Shown here: positions 1 to 14,851 of the stretch, one piece after another
Numbering within the stretch: position 1 is the stretch's first letter
Layout of the letters: each line of letters opens with the position of its first letter
Assembly: GCA_951406725.2 (NCBI GenBank)
Contig: OX597826.1
Coordinates: forward strand, 24,800,001-24,864,000
Origin: Octopus vulgaris
Taxonomy: Eukaryota
Reading direction: 5' to 3'
Length of the DNA stretch: 64,000 nt
Program-made: the position numbers and the translations under genes
Notes under the pieces: model-generated
What the model was told of the DNA's origin: nothing
The model's input: only the letters and a program-made list of their open reading frames with translations
Database searches by the model: none

Positions 1-82
1 ATCAGAAGAGCATCATCACCCTTATCATTTCTATCTGCATCATCCTCACGATTCTTCTTCGGCTCCTTTTCTTCCTTTTTTC

Positions 83-292
<210 letters not shown>

Positions 293-850
293 ACAGTCCG
301 CATCAATACCAACACCCCCATTACCGTTACTATCAGCACTAACAACAACAAATTATGCCAGATAGAACTTCTTTTTGGTTTTTGAAGGAAAATTAACCGA
401 AAACCAAGTAAAACGACAAAAAATGACAACATAACAAAACGAAAATTCGCAATAGTCTATCTCTGTCTTCTGCTTTCATTCCACCGAAAATTAGTTTAAA
501 AAGAAAACAACTACAACAATAGTAACAACAACAACAACAGCAATAGCAACAGCAACAACAATAGCAATAACAACATCAAACCCTAACAATAACAGCAGCA
601 ACAACAACAACAATAATAACAACAATATCCGAAAAGAGAGTAGCTGTGTCGTAGGAAGATCAGGTTTCTTAGACGAGAAAGAAGCCGGCAGTTTGTGAAG
701 AGTCTATTTTAGGTGTGTTGGAGGTATTTCTGCTTATTATCGTTTCTGGATTCCTAGCAGAGTACTATATACCTTACTAAAAGGAAAGAACATGCCAAGA
801 CGAAGGTACAATAGAAAACTTATTTTGCAGGTTGGTGTTAACGTTGGTAA

Positions 851-911
<61 letters not shown>

Positions 912-925
912 CGCGCGCGCGTGTA

Positions 926-959
<34 letters not shown>

Positions 960-1385
960 CACGTCTGTGTGTTGAGTGTTTCTGTGCGTGTGTGTATGTG
1001 TGTGGGCATAGGTGTTCATAGGTGTGTGTAGATGAGTGGGTGTGTGGGATAGATGGAGGGGAAAATAGATCTGAGCGGTGGGGAGACAGGTATAGATAAA
1101 GGGATAGAAAGGTACAGTTGTGAAGAGGAGGTAGCTAGAGGGGTAGTGTGTACACACAGTTATATATAAATATACAAACATATACTATATGTACGCGTGT
1201 GTTTGCATACACACACACATACTATATATATGTGTATGCGTGTAGTAATGTATGTTGAGTGTGGGTGTGCGTGAGTGTTGTCAGGAAATTTGATTGGAGT
1301 ATAGAATGAAAGATTAGAGTGGAACGGATGGACGAATAGTGTGTTGAGAGAACAGACTTGTGTGTATGTTTGGGGTTGTGATTCT

Positions 1386-1437
<52 letters not shown>

Positions 1438-1517
1438 TCACGAAGACACACACCCTCGGTAGCCACTACACACATGTTTTTCTCTCCTTACTTCTCTCCT
1501 TGTTTCTTTCTGTGTTC

Positions 1518-1553
1518 CTTTCTGTGGAAGAGCGTAGGCTTGAAACGTTAAAG
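1518..1553 (+). ncRNA. Minimal hammerhead-like motif with atypical core, in a ~200-bp element (~1440-1645) between (TA)n tracts
   Basis: cttt-CTGTGGA-A-gagc(gtag)gctt-GAAAC-GTT-aaag; stem I cttt/aaag; related copy at 47746. Confidence 0.5.
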
Positions 1554-1640
1554 ACTTTTTTAATTCCCGAGCGTTATACTAATACATCTGTTTGTTTTCT
1601 ACACCAACTGTCTTCGTCTTTTGTTTTTTTCGTGCATTCT

Positions 1641-1728
<88 letters not shown>

Positions 1729-1789
1729 GTATATGTATATATACATATACATATGTATATATTTGTATGTATTTATGTATTCGTTTATT

Positions 1790-1989
1790 CTTTTATTCTT
1801 TTATTTGATTCAATCATTTGACAGCGGCTATGCTGGAGCACCGCCTTTAGTCGAGCAAATCGACCCAGAACTTAGTCTCAGTAAGCCTGGTACTCATTCT
1901 ATCGGTCTCTTTTTGCCGAATCGCTAAGTTACGGGGACGTAAACACACCAGCATCCAGCGATGTTGGTGCGACAAACACAAACACACAA

Positions 1990-2044
<55 letters not shown>

Positions 2045-2223
2045 CATATTTACGACGGGCTACGACGGGCTTCTTTTGGTTTCTGTCTACCAAATCTACT
2101 CACAATGCTTTGGTCGGCCCGAGGCTATAGTAGAAGACACTTGCTCAAGGTGCCACGCAGTGGGACTGAACCCGGAACCATATGGTTGGTAAGCAAGCTA
2201 CTTATCGCGCAACCACTCCTGCG

Positions 2224-2226
<3 letters not shown>
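1790..2226 (-). mobile_element. tRNA-derived SINE, family B
   Basis: Minus-strand head aggcgcaggagtgg...gggttcagtccc (B-box-like), internal (CA)n; many copies in window. Confidence 0.85.
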
Positions 2227-2291
<65 letters not shown>

Positions 2292-2405
2292 GTGTGTGCG
2301 TAGTAAATTCTCCAAAACGAAGAACAAACACACAAAAAAAACAACAACGCGAGTATGTGGTATATGTAAAGTATTAGCAGACTCTCAAGGAAGGAAAGAA
2401 AGGTG

Positions 2406-2440
2406 GCTTTACGTTTCGAGCAAAGCTCTTTTTCGGAAAC
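2406..2440 (-). ncRNA. Degenerate minimal hammerhead-like motif
   Basis: Minus: gttt-CCGAAAA-A-gagc(ttt)gctc-GAAAC-GTA-aagc; host repeat (~2310-2480) resembles 42950-43120. Confidence 0.35.
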
Positions 2441-2655
2441 AGGAGACAGAAGAAAGTCCAATAGAAAAGGAAGACGGAGCTTAAGTCATTGAAAATAAAG
2501 TACTCAATAGGCTAGCTCTAAGTATCAATATATTTTATAAAAGAAAAACACGGAGTCCACTTAAATAATTTTTCGGAGGTATACTTGTCTGGGAAGTGAT
2601 TTGATCTGAAAGACCGTGTGTTGCAACTAGAGTAGTTAAGCGAGCAACTCACATA

Positions 2656-2870
2656 TTCTTTTCTACTCTAGGCACAAGGCTCGAAATTTTTGGGGTGGGG
2701 GCCAGTCAATTAGATCGACCCCAGTACGCAACTGGTACTTAATTTATCGACCCCGAAAAGATGAAAGGCAAAGTCGACCTCGGCGGAATTTGAACTCAGA
2801 ATGTAAAGGCAGACGAAATAGCACTAAGTATTTCGCCCGGCGTGCTTACGTTTCTGCCAGCTCGCCGCCT
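2656..2870 (-). mobile_element. tRNA-derived SINE, family A
   Basis: Minus head aggcggcgagctggcagaaacg, B box gagttcaaattcc, body tttcggggtcgataaattaagtaccag; imperfect TSD gagcaa(c/g)tcacata. Confidence 0.9.
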
Positions 2871-3269
2871 TACTGAGCAAGTCACATACCAGTCAAAAAC
2901 ACCCAAAATTGTAAACTTGACTGGAACATTTATTGTCTCATGTCAAAATTTTTGTCGAAAAAATTGCAACACTCAAAAGTAGAAAATTACACGATCCCCA
3001 CACGCAGCCCTCAACTTTTTCTACTTAATATTTCGAGAACCAATATTTCAAAAGAGAATTATTACCCATATATGTGTGTGTATATATACATGTGTGAGCT
3101 TATGTGTGTGTGTTTTTGTATTCGTCAACTCCGTTGCTTGACAACTGGTGTTGGAGAAAATCATTCTAAAAGATTCACACGATTCGGTCGCGTTCTCAAA
3201 CTCAAAGAACGAAATTTTAGGACGTTGCCCTCATGAGCAGAAAATTCGTTTTGCGACGTGATCTTGTTG

Positions 3270-3305
<36 letters not shown>

Positions 3306-3326
3306 CTCTCTCTCACACACACACAC

Positions 3327-3393
<67 letters not shown>

Positions 3394-3832
3394 TACAGAC
3401 TGGTGATTCATGACTGCTCACGTCTATACTATGTCTTGCATAGCCTCAACGAAGTAACTACAGATGTGACCGTACAATATTGTGACAGACGCGCGTGATA
3501 TCTTGATTGTCGGAACGAAAAGTCCACTATGCATTAATAGTTCCTAGAATTTCAGTCTAACCTTACGCATCGAGGATGGAGCATAAGAAGGAGATATAAT
3601 AGATAGATAGATAGAGAGAGAAAGAGAGAGAGAGAGCGAGAGAGGGAGAGGGAGAGAGAGAGAAATAAAGAGAGAGGTTACAGGAAGTACGGCACACCAA
3701 ATTTTAAGCGGGTAACAAGACATCAAAGTTGTGGCAGAAAATACTTGCCCAAGGAACCATGTAATGAAATGAGACCTTGATTTTGAGCAGTGAACTTCTT
3801 AAGCTCTGAACACATGCCCATGTATGTATAAT

Positions 3833-4145
3833 TTCGCTTTGCAACTACATGCTTTTGGGTTCAGTCCCGCTGCGTAGCACCTGGGGGCAAGTGTATTCTA
3901 CTAAAATTTCGTGAATTTCGTTGACGGAAACTGTGTGGAAGTCCCTCGCATATTTACACATACGTATGCGTGTCTTTGGGTTTGTCCCATACACACCAGC
4001 TTGATAACCGGTGTTAGTTTGTTTCTGTCTCCGTAAATTAGCGGTTCGGCAATAGGGGCGATAGAATGAATTCTTAATTTACTAAAAAGAACCCTTGAAG
4101 ATGTTGCTGCAGCATGGCCGCAGTCGAATGAGTGAAACAAGTAAA
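3833..4145 (+). mobile_element. SINE family B, diverged
   Basis: gggttcagtccc head; tail cagcatggccgcagtcgaatgagtgaaacaagtaaaa. Confidence 0.75.
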
Positions 4146-4999
4146 AGGCAGAAGTTAAAAGTAAAAAAGATATACTCACGCACCTGCATACATAAATGCA
4201 TAAATATATACACCTACGCACACTATGCATTACACGTATATTTGAGCTCATATAAACATCTGTATGTTGATGGTGTGGTGTATATTTAGTTTTTAATTTC
4301 ATCTTATGTTTACAGCAGCGTGTCATAAACTTGGTGCGCGCGGACTCATCTGTAATTTATCTTTTAACATAGCAGAACGCTATTTACAATATATTTACTT
4401 TGCGATATTTATATAAAAAAGTTTTATTGTTGAATAAGCTTCGTTTCAGCAAGTTCAGTTTGTAAACTGATTTCAGTCTTTATATATTCCTATGTGGGAA
4501 ACGTCACGTTCAATTTTGCCTGCTTGCTGCCTGTTGTATTACTTCTTAAGTAAGTAACTTATGTGAACGACCGCTCGTTGTTGATTTATGAAATTCTTAA
4601 GCTTTTCATGTTTTGCTTGACGTTGGCTTTGCCCGACGTTATCTTACAAGCATATATTATCCTGTAACATACCGTATCATATCGTATCATATTGTATCAT
4701 GCATCTCTGTTTTTCTTTATGTTTAGGCTGCATCGGACAGCAAATCAAGTACCTCATGTTTGTTTAGTGTTAAGTGTTTAATGCTACTATAGTTTTGCTA
4801 CCTTTCGTTTGCACATTTACAATCAATATCAGTTTAAAGTAGCGTCTCATTTAGTTAGTAATATTTATGAAATACCTTCTTTAAATCAGTCTGTTTCGGA
4901 AATAAAAGAGCTCGTCAGTGCAGTAATTCAGCATCCTTGTTTACGTTCTGAGTTCAATTCCCGCTGATGTCGAATTTAACCTTTCATACTTCTGGGGCC

Positions 5000-5238
5000 A
5001 CGAAAAACCTGGTGGACAACGAAAAACCTGGCTGATAACAGTCAAGGCTGATCTGGAACCCAACCTAGGCCCCCGTATCTATGGCGTTCGCCGCTGGAAT
5101 AAGGAGTGGTTGGAGATCACGCGGTCGTTAGCCTCAAATCGCCAGGTCTGGTCGGCGTTGTGAGGGATGCAGCATTGAGGATGAATGAAGCTAGCTCAAC
5201 CCACCCCGGATGAATGCTGTTCCAAGACAAGAAAGAAG
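5000..5238 (+). mobile_element. 5'-truncated RTE-clade LINE 3' end inserted in a decayed SINE
   Basis: From 5011 reads GGQRKTWLITVKADLEPNLGPRIYGVRRWNKEWLEITRSLASNRQVWSAL (RTE C-terminus-like); 12-bp TSD acttctggggcc at 4988-4999 and 5239-5250. Confidence 0.75.
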
Positions 5239-5709
5239 ACTTCTGGGGCCGATAAAGTGAGAACTTGTTGTTGAGCAATTGGTGTTTTTGAGTCCAGAGT
5301 TCAAATCCCGCTGATGTCAATTTTAACTTTTCAGCCTCTCTGTGTCCAATAAAAGTGAGTACCAGTTGTTTTGTCGTTACTTACCAGTTGATGAGTTGAT
5401 GTTGTTTGTTTCACCCCAGGCCGACCCTGGTTGTGAAACCTATGATCATGGTATTCTAGACATGAGCTTGGCATTCAATCCTTGGACAAAATATACCTGG
5501 ACTACATTGGTAGATTATTCGTAATTTCAATAATTTTTCAGCGTTGTTACCCCTTGGGTTTGTCTAAATGTCGGCTTCGACGATGAATACTCAGCTGTTC
5601 GATCTGGTGAACTACTTTCTCATTAAGTTAGTGCATTAAGACGCTGAACATTCTGCAGACACGTGTACCTTTAACACCAGTGTGACAAGGCAGGATCTGT
5701 CAATTATAG

Positions 5710-6085
5710 TTTTATATACCAGTTACCCGTCAGCTATACCAGTTTTTCATCGACTATACAAGTCTTTTTTATGAATTATATAATAGTTCACCATCAACTA
5801 TTCCAAATTCCCTTCACCTATACCAGTTCCTCATCAACAATACCAGTTAGACATCAAATATATCAGTTTCCCATCAACTATACCAGTTTCTCATCAACTA
5901 TACCAGTTAGACATCAAATATACCAGTTACCTGTCAACTATACCAGTTTTTCATCGACTATACCGATTTCCCATCAACTATACCAGGTGTCCATCAACTC
6001 CAACAGTTTTCCCATCAACTCTACCGGCTTCGCTTCCTGATCTATACTTTTTTAAAATCAACCCCACGAGTTTCCCATCAACTCT
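5710..6085. repeat. Minisatellite, ~20-bp unit (catcaactataccagtt..)
   Basis: Degenerate tandem copies visible. Confidence 0.85.
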
Positions 6086-7059
6086 GCCCCTTTATACATT
6101 TCTAGCCTTCTTCCAATCTTAGAAACAAATATTATGGAAGATTGGCAGATTCGATAGTGTGTCGGACAAAATACCTTACGCTATTTAGTTACGGTTATGT
6201 ATCTTCTGAGTTCAAGCCACGCGTTGGGTTTGCTTTGAATTTCGTACTTTCTCAGTCGATTAAAAGAAGAAAAAAATAAGAACCAAACAATTACCTGTGT
6301 ATGAGGCGGGAGTTGATATAATCTTCTAGGTTTCCCTTTTCTTACATTTTCAGGTTTTGTGCCAATTAAAAAAAATATCATTTATATATTTTTAGTATTT
6401 GAGATTTGAACTGAAAATAAAAAATAAAAAAATAATGGTAAACATTTGGATAAGAGATTAAATAAAATTAACCGATATTTTAGTAAATGGGTGGTGGTAG
6501 TTGTAGGAGTAGTGATGATGTTTGGTAGTGGTAGCGAGGCTGATGATAGTTATGATGCTGGTGTTGATAGTGGTGGCACTGGGGATGACATTGGAGGTGG
6601 TGCTGGGGGTTGTGTTGGTGGCGGTGCCGTTGCGGTCGTGATGGTAAGGATGATTGCGTTGGTGGTGTTGGTGGTTTTGATAATAGTGGTAGTGTTGTTT
6701 TGATGTTGGTGGCACTGGTGATAGTGTTCGTGGTGTTAATGGTGCTGTTGTTGTTGTTATTGTTGTTGGCGGCGGTAGGGATGGCGGTGGTAGGGATGGC
6801 GGTAGTGATGGTGGTGGGGGTTGGGGGTGTTTTCATTGTCGTTGGTGATGGTGGTGTTATTAACGGTAGCGATGGAGGCAGCAGTAGAAGTAGTTGTGAT
6901 GGTGGCGGCGGCAGCGGTGGTGGTGGTGGAGGCAAATAAATGGAAAATAAATGAAAAATCTGAAAAGAAATTTCCCTGGAGAATTTAAGCAATTTCAGTG
7001 TGCAACAATAACATATAATAAGACTACCATATAAGAAGTCTGCTATTAGAAGTGGTCGC

Positions 7060-7070
7060 GCACTCACGCG

Positions 7071-7144
<74 letters not shown>

Positions 7145-7259
7145 TACATACACTCACACAAAGACACGCACACACAAAAACACATACACAGATACACGTA
7201 GATATATACACATACACATATGTACATAGACATACGCACACGCACACTCATACATACAG

Positions 7260-7301
<42 letters not shown>

Positions 7302-8070
7302 GCACGTTGACATGCACACACACACAAGCACGTTGACATGCACACACACACACGCGGACACACACACACAGACACACACACAGTCACACATAGACATACA
7401 TTTACACGCAGACATGTAGACACAAATACGCAAACACATACACACTCACATGTAAACATGCACACACTGAAACATAATCGCATACAGACTGACACATTCC
7501 TCACACATCGATATGCACATACACACACGGATATACGCGAACACACACACGCTTATACAACACACACGCAAACGTGTGCAGATACACACTGAGGCGCACG
7601 CAGAAACATACACAAACATTCACACATATGTACAATAGAGGCACAGACACATGCAGACAAGCGCATACAGACAGGCGTACACAGACACGTGTACGCAGAC
7701 ACGCGCACGCAGACACTCGCACGCAAACACTCGCATGCAAACACGCACATACAGACACGCGCAGACACGCGCAGACAGGCGCACAGATACGCGCGTACAG
7801 ACACGCGCATACAGACACGCACACACAGATACGCGTACACAGATACGCGCTTACAGATACGCACATACAGACATGCGCACACGGGTGCGCACACAGACAC
7901 GCACACACAAACACGCGCACACAGACACGCGCACACAGACACGGGCACACAGACATGCGCATACAGACACGCGCACCCAGGCACGTATCACTCCCATATA
8001 CTTACATATACGCAAACAAACAGGTACATAAACGCACACACGCGCGCACACTCACACACACACACACACT
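7060..8070. repeat. Compound (CA)n and cacagacacgcg-type low-complexity repeat
   Basis: Directly visible. Confidence 0.9.
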
Positions 8071-8138
8071 CGCCAGTGCGTAACGCACGAACGCACGCAT
8101 GCACACCAGATAAACATATATGTATGCCTATACACAGT

Positions 8139-8198
<60 letters not shown>

Positions 8199-8202
8199 GT
8201 AA

Positions 8203-8415
8203 TGGTTTCAAATTTTGCCACAAGGGCAGCCATTTTGGGGGAAGAGCTGAGTCGATAACATCGACTCCAGTGTTGAGCTGGTACTTACTTTATCGATATC
8301 GAAGGGATGAAAGGCAAAGTCAACCTCAGCGTAATTTGAACTCAGATCGGAGCGACGGGCGAAAAACCGCTAAGCATTTCGTCCAGCGTGCTAACGATTC
8401 TGCCAGCTCGCCGCC

Positions 8416-8417
<2 letters not shown>
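8203..8417 (-). mobile_element. SINE family A inside a (TAA)n array
   Basis: Matches 2656-2870. Confidence 0.85.
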
Positions 8418-8451
<34 letters not shown>

Positions 8452-8455
<4 letters not shown>

Positions 8456-10232
8456 TAAATCATCTCATTTACATGGATGATTTAAAACTCTTTGCAAAAA
8501 ATCACCAACAACTCAAGGGCTTACTAACGATTGTCAAACAATTCAGTGACGACATCAGAATGCAATTTGGCCTCGATAAATGTTCAAAAGCTACCTTTAT
8601 CAAGGGAAAAAATGACAGAAACATCTTACGGTAACCTTGACCAGCAGAATGTCATAAAAGAATTAGACCCAGCGGAGAGCTACAAGTACCTAGGGGTAAT
8701 TGAAGGGGACGGAATAAGGCATTCAGAAATGAAGGAAAGAATCAGGAGAGAATGTTATCGAAGAGTGAGAGCAATACTCAAGACAGAGCTGAATGCGAGA
8801 AACAGGATCGAAGCGATCAATGCATTAGCCATACCAGTCGTGACTTACAGTCCCAATATCGTTAACTGGTCAATTACTGAAATATGTCAGCTTGACAGAA
8901 AAATACGAAAACTGTTGACAATGCATAAAATGCACCACCCTAAGGCAGATACAGAACGACTTTATCTGCCAAGAAAAGAGGGAGGCCGTGGTCTTTTACA
9001 ACTGGCAATAACAATGAAGATTGCTACAATTGGCCTAGACACCTACCTGAAAAAGTCTGAGGACTGGATGTTAAAACTTGTCTTAAAACATGAAAACAAG
9101 AAAGCATCATACTCAGTAACAAAACAGGCAAAGGAATATCTAAGTGAATTCCGAATACAACAAATTTCGGAATTAGAGATAGACATACAAGAAGCAAGCA
9201 CAGAAAAAGCTAAGCGCATGAAACCCGTGCAAAAACTGCGGCCTTAGATATTCTGAATGATAAATGGCAAGAAAAACCTCTCTATGGCAAATACCCAAAG
9301 AGAGCGAATAATGCAGATATTGACAAAGCCCTGACCCACCAATTGCTAATGGCCTCTGGCTTAAAATCTGAAACAGGGGTTTGTCATAGCAGCTCAAGAT
9401 CAATGCCTACCAACAAGAAACTACCAGGCCAACATATTAAAGAACGGCAGTAGCCCAACATGTCGTGTATGTCAACAACAAAATGAAACCATTGATCATG
9501 TTGTCTCCAAGTGCAGTCTTCTAGCGCCAGGCATGATAGAGCTGCACAATATATTCACTGGGTAATTTGCAAAAACCTGGATTTGACCCATGAAAAAATC
9601 TGGTGGGAACACAAACCACCTCCAGTGCATGAAAATGACCACATCTCACTCCTCTGGAACGTCACCATTCAAACTGACAGAAAGATAGATGCAAATAGGC
9701 CAGACATCATATTGAAAGACTTCAGACAAAGAACATGCCTCCACATTGATATGACTGTCCCAATCGATATAAACGTATCTGTCAAGACCTACCAAAAACT
9801 GAGCAAATATAAAGATCTTGAAATAGAAATCAGCAAAAGGTGGAACCTGAAGACTAAAACAATACCTGTTGTCATAGGTGCCCTGGGAATGATAGCGAAA
9901 GGGGCTGATTGCTACCTAACTCAGATACCAGGAAACCCCAAAATGGCAGAAATTCAAAAGATAGTGCTCATGGGAACTGCTCATATCCTACGCAAAATAC
10001 TTTCTATGTAATCTCAAGGTTTAAAACAAACAATTTTTATTTTATTTATTTTTTTAATTTTATTTATTTATTTTTTATTTATTTATTAGACATTCACTAG
10101 TACAACACCCCCCCCAATATATGGCACACTAGGCATAACAACAACGTGAACTTCCAACCTGTTGTTTCTTGAGGTCTCTGGGTGAGACTTGGAGCCAACT
10201 TGTACAAATATAAAGCAAAAGTCAAACATAGA
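8452..10232 (+). mobile_element. 5'-truncated, frameshifted R4/Dong-clade non-LTR retrotransposon (RT, CCHC, restriction-like endonuclease)
   Basis: INHLIYMDDLKLFAKN, YKYLG, LYLPRKEGGRGL, CRVCQQQNETIDHVVSKC (9461), RHD, NRPDII, KYKDL; stop at 10011; (TAA)n on both sides, the known Dong target. Confidence 0.92.
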
Positions 10233-10250
10233 ATAATAATAATAATAATG

Positions 10251-10287
<37 letters not shown>

Positions 10288-10319
10288 TAAACCATACTGA
10301 AGGTGATATAACAATCTTC

Positions 10320-10510
10320 TATCTTTTACTTGTTTCAGTCATTACTTGTTTCAGACAGCGGGCATGCTGGAGCACTGGTTCGAAGAATTTTAGTCGAATG
10401 AATCGAACCCTGAATTATTGTTTTAAAGCCTGGCACCTATTCTATGGCTCTCTTTTGTCGAACCGCTATTTTACAGGAACGTAAACACACAAACACCGGT
10501 TGTCCAGCGT
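10320..10510 (-). mobile_element. SINE family B 3' fragment
   Basis: ttacttgtttcagtcatt...catgctggagcac...ttttagtcga. Confidence 0.65.
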
Positions 10511-10721
10511 GGCGGCGGGGATCAACACGCACCCCACCCACACATAAATATAAACAAACTAACATTTGTTTTTATAAGCGTCGAAATGTGCATTGTATGA
10601 TACAGCAGAAATATTGGGTAAATTACCCACATAAAGCGGAAAAATTTGTTAACGAACAGTATTTCTGCTGTTCTAACGGAAATTCTGCGTTTTAAAAATA
10701 TCGTCATCTTATTTGTATCGT

Positions 10722-10958
<237 letters not shown>

Positions 10959-11227
10959 AGTAGTAGTAGGGAATATAAAATTCCAAACTTACTGGGAAAA
11001 ATTTAGTAATACTAAATCAAATTTCACAATATATAATATATGATTATAATTAAGAGAAATAACCTCTATTAAGTAAGTCAATAGTGAAAGACATTTTTTA
11101 TATTAAATCATATAGAAAAAAATTAAATATATTATAATAAATATTATTCTAAAAATCAACAAATTGAATAAATTGACTAGTCAGTTTAATGTTTATTTAA
11201 TTTAGTGATTTTTAGAATAATGTATTA

Positions 11228-11380
11228 TATAAAATCCGTTCTGACTGTCTGTGTGTGTCATCTAGGATCTCTGGCATCCTCCGTCCGATTGCGCTCAAAT
11301 TTGATATGTAGTTACCGACAGTATCAGGGCATGTATAAGTCTTGAAAAATTACAAAAATCGATTCCAGGTGAAAATGCGT
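11228..11380 (+). mobile_element. Possible Helitron-type 5' fragment
   Basis: tataaaa...ctgtctgtgtgt...ccgattgcgctcaaatttgatatg has the same layout as the start of the 43175 element. Confidence 0.35.
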
Positions 11381-11902
11381 CAACACCCTTGTATGTGTGT
11401 ATGCATTCATATGTATATATGAATACATGCATGTATATATACACACACCCTAAGATTCAACAAATTTTAGTACAATTTTCATTCACCAGAATCCACTCAC
11501 AAGACTTTGGTCTAGCTGAGGTTCTGGTAGAAAGACGCATGTGAAAAGTCCAACGCTATGAGATCGAACCTAGAACCACGTAGTTGCGAGACAGACATGT
11601 TAACAACTCAAGCAATGAAAATATGATCTATCCATATGATGAGACGAGCGTTGTGGATGGTGTTCAACTTACTGGTGATTATCCATCTCCCAAAGCACAG
11701 ATTTCACAGATGGAGATGTAGGAACTAAGAGCTTTCAAGGAATTTGGGAATTTGCTGGTCGGTTCCGGGGGGAGAGGTTGGGAATAGAAGGGCGCCTTTT
11801 AATAATCAAACTAGTCCGGAAGTGATTAGATTAAAAAACCAAGTAGTGTGTGGATAGTTACTGTGAGTGTGTGTTTGAGAAGGATAAAGGGAGATGGAGA
11901 TA

Positions 11903-11946
<44 letters not shown>

Positions 11947-12097
11947 AGAGAGAGAAAGCGAGTTGGAGAGTAAGAGAGAGGGAGAAAGCAAAGTCTCTAT
12001 AAGTGTGTATGTGTGCGTGCGTGTGTGCGTGCGTGTGTGCGTTTGCGTATGCATGTGTGAGTATATATATATATATATATACATACACACACACACA

Positions 12098-12143
<46 letters not shown>

Positions 12144-12706
12144 CAAACATGTAAAACTGAATTAATATTTTTATGTTTAGTTATATTTTATACATATATA
12201 CATACTTACACATACACATACAAACATACAGAGACACGCACACACAATATTGATATTGAAAAGTTTATAATATATATATATAACAGCCCTTCTTATCTTG
12301 TTTTTCCTTGTCCTGTCTTTTACTGTTTATAATTTGTACTGTCGTTACTGTCCTGTTTTTGTTACCATTTTTTACCCCTCTGCGAAAAGATCTCAGAATT
12401 TTAATTGATTTGCTTTTCGCAGGAAGGAAAGTTTCTTGTCGAAGTACGTCGCGCTTTTATCCTTCGAATCGTAGAGTAGATGAAACCATAGCGACTGAAG
12501 AAGGGGTTTTTTTCTTTGTGTTAATTGTCCTGTACTCTATTTTTTTGTTGTTTAAAAAAAATGTCCAGTTCCTTTGGTTTGTGTCTATGTTTTCGTTTCT
12601 CATTGTGTTCGACGTCCTTTTGGTGTCCTGTACTCATATATGCGTGTATATGTACATGTAGAGGTAGGTACGTACATATATGTTTATATATATGCATATG
12701 TTTTAT

Positions 12707-12817
<111 letters not shown>

Positions 12818-12900
12818 ATATATATATATATGTATATATATATGTATATATATGTATATATATATATGTATATATATGTATATATATATGTATATATATG

Positions 12901-12956
<56 letters not shown>

Positions 12957-13497
12957 TACATACACACATAACGTAGACAAATTGATATATAATTTCACGC
13001 ATTCCAGTTTAGACTGTTTCATAACCCCTCGAAAATAAAGGAAGGTTCGGTATTAAAGCACCTGGGTAGCAGTATATGTGTGTGTGTGTGTGCGTGTAAC
13101 ACATGGAACTGAGGAAAAGGGAAGATGTCGGAACGTAAAAACTTCATCCAATAATAGGTTGGCAATTAGTGACGCCTCATCATCAGGAGGGAATAATTAA
13201 ACGCGTGTTAATGAAGTATTTCCGACACACACAACTCTTACAATAAGGGGACTAATACTTGTCTCTAGGCAACAATGGCTAATGACGACGACGATGATGA
13301 TGCCGGCGATGATGCTGACGATGATGATGAAGACGATCACGACGGTGATGGTTGATGCTGTTGTTATTGTAGTTGCTGTTATAGCTTAACTCCATCGTAA
13401 ACCCTGACTATCAGAATTATATACATACATACATACATACATACATACATACATACATACATACATACATACATACATACATACATACATACATACA

Positions 13498-13533
<36 letters not shown>

Positions 13534-13559
13534 TGTGTGTGTGTGTGTGTGTGTATGTA

Positions 13560-14010
<451 letters not shown>

Positions 14011-14335
14011 CCTTTACCATCTCATCTCGTATTTTGATGCAACATGGTCGAATGGTACAGAGTTAGTTCACAGTTACGAGGTGCTACGTTCTATTTCACT
14101 GCGCGGAATCTTGGTCCAATGTCTACATATAAGCCAAAGGGTCAGCCTTATCATACATTGTATGATGAGGACTGTTTGAGAGTACATTTGTCGTCCGTGG
14201 AATACTCAGCCTATTCGTTCGTTAATTCAAAAGGGTAGCTCATTCAGTTGAGTAACCTAATTCAACACGCATCGTCGAAATCGACGGAATGATTATTTCC
14301 ATTTATATTTAGACATGAGAGTTATCTATTGCAAT

Positions 14336-14542
14336 ATAGGTCTCGAATTTTGGAACAGAACAGAGGAGGGGACTAGTCGATTACATCGACCCCAGAGCTC
14401 AACTGGTACTTAATTTATCGACCTCGAAAGGATGAAAAGTACAGTCCACCTCGGTGGAATTTGAACTCAGAAGGTAAAAAGGGACGAAATACCGCTATGC
14501 ATTTAGCCCGGCGTGCTAACTATTCTACCAGCTCACTGCCTT
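14336..14542 (-). mobile_element. SINE family A
   Basis: Matches 2656-2870. Confidence 0.85.
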
Positions 14543-14633
<91 letters not shown>

Positions 14634-14634
<1 letters not shown>

Positions 14635-14851
14635 TCCTTTCTACTGGAAGCACAAGGCCTTAAATTTGATGGGAGGGAACTAATCGATAACATCGACTCC
14701 AACCTTTCACTGGTAGTTAATTTATTGACCCCGAAAACAAAATGAAATGTAAAGTCGACCTCGGCGGAATTTGAACTCAGAACGTAAAGACGGATGAAAG
14801 ACGCCAATCATCTTGCCAGGCGTGCTAACGATTCTGCCAGCTCGCTGCCTT
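14634..14851 (-). mobile_element. SINE family A
   Basis: Matches 2656-2870. Confidence 0.85.

Noticed and set aside
12376-12510. Possible hammerhead around ccttcgaatcgtagagt and ctgaagaagggg
   Set aside because: GAAA is broken and no consistent stem I could be fitted
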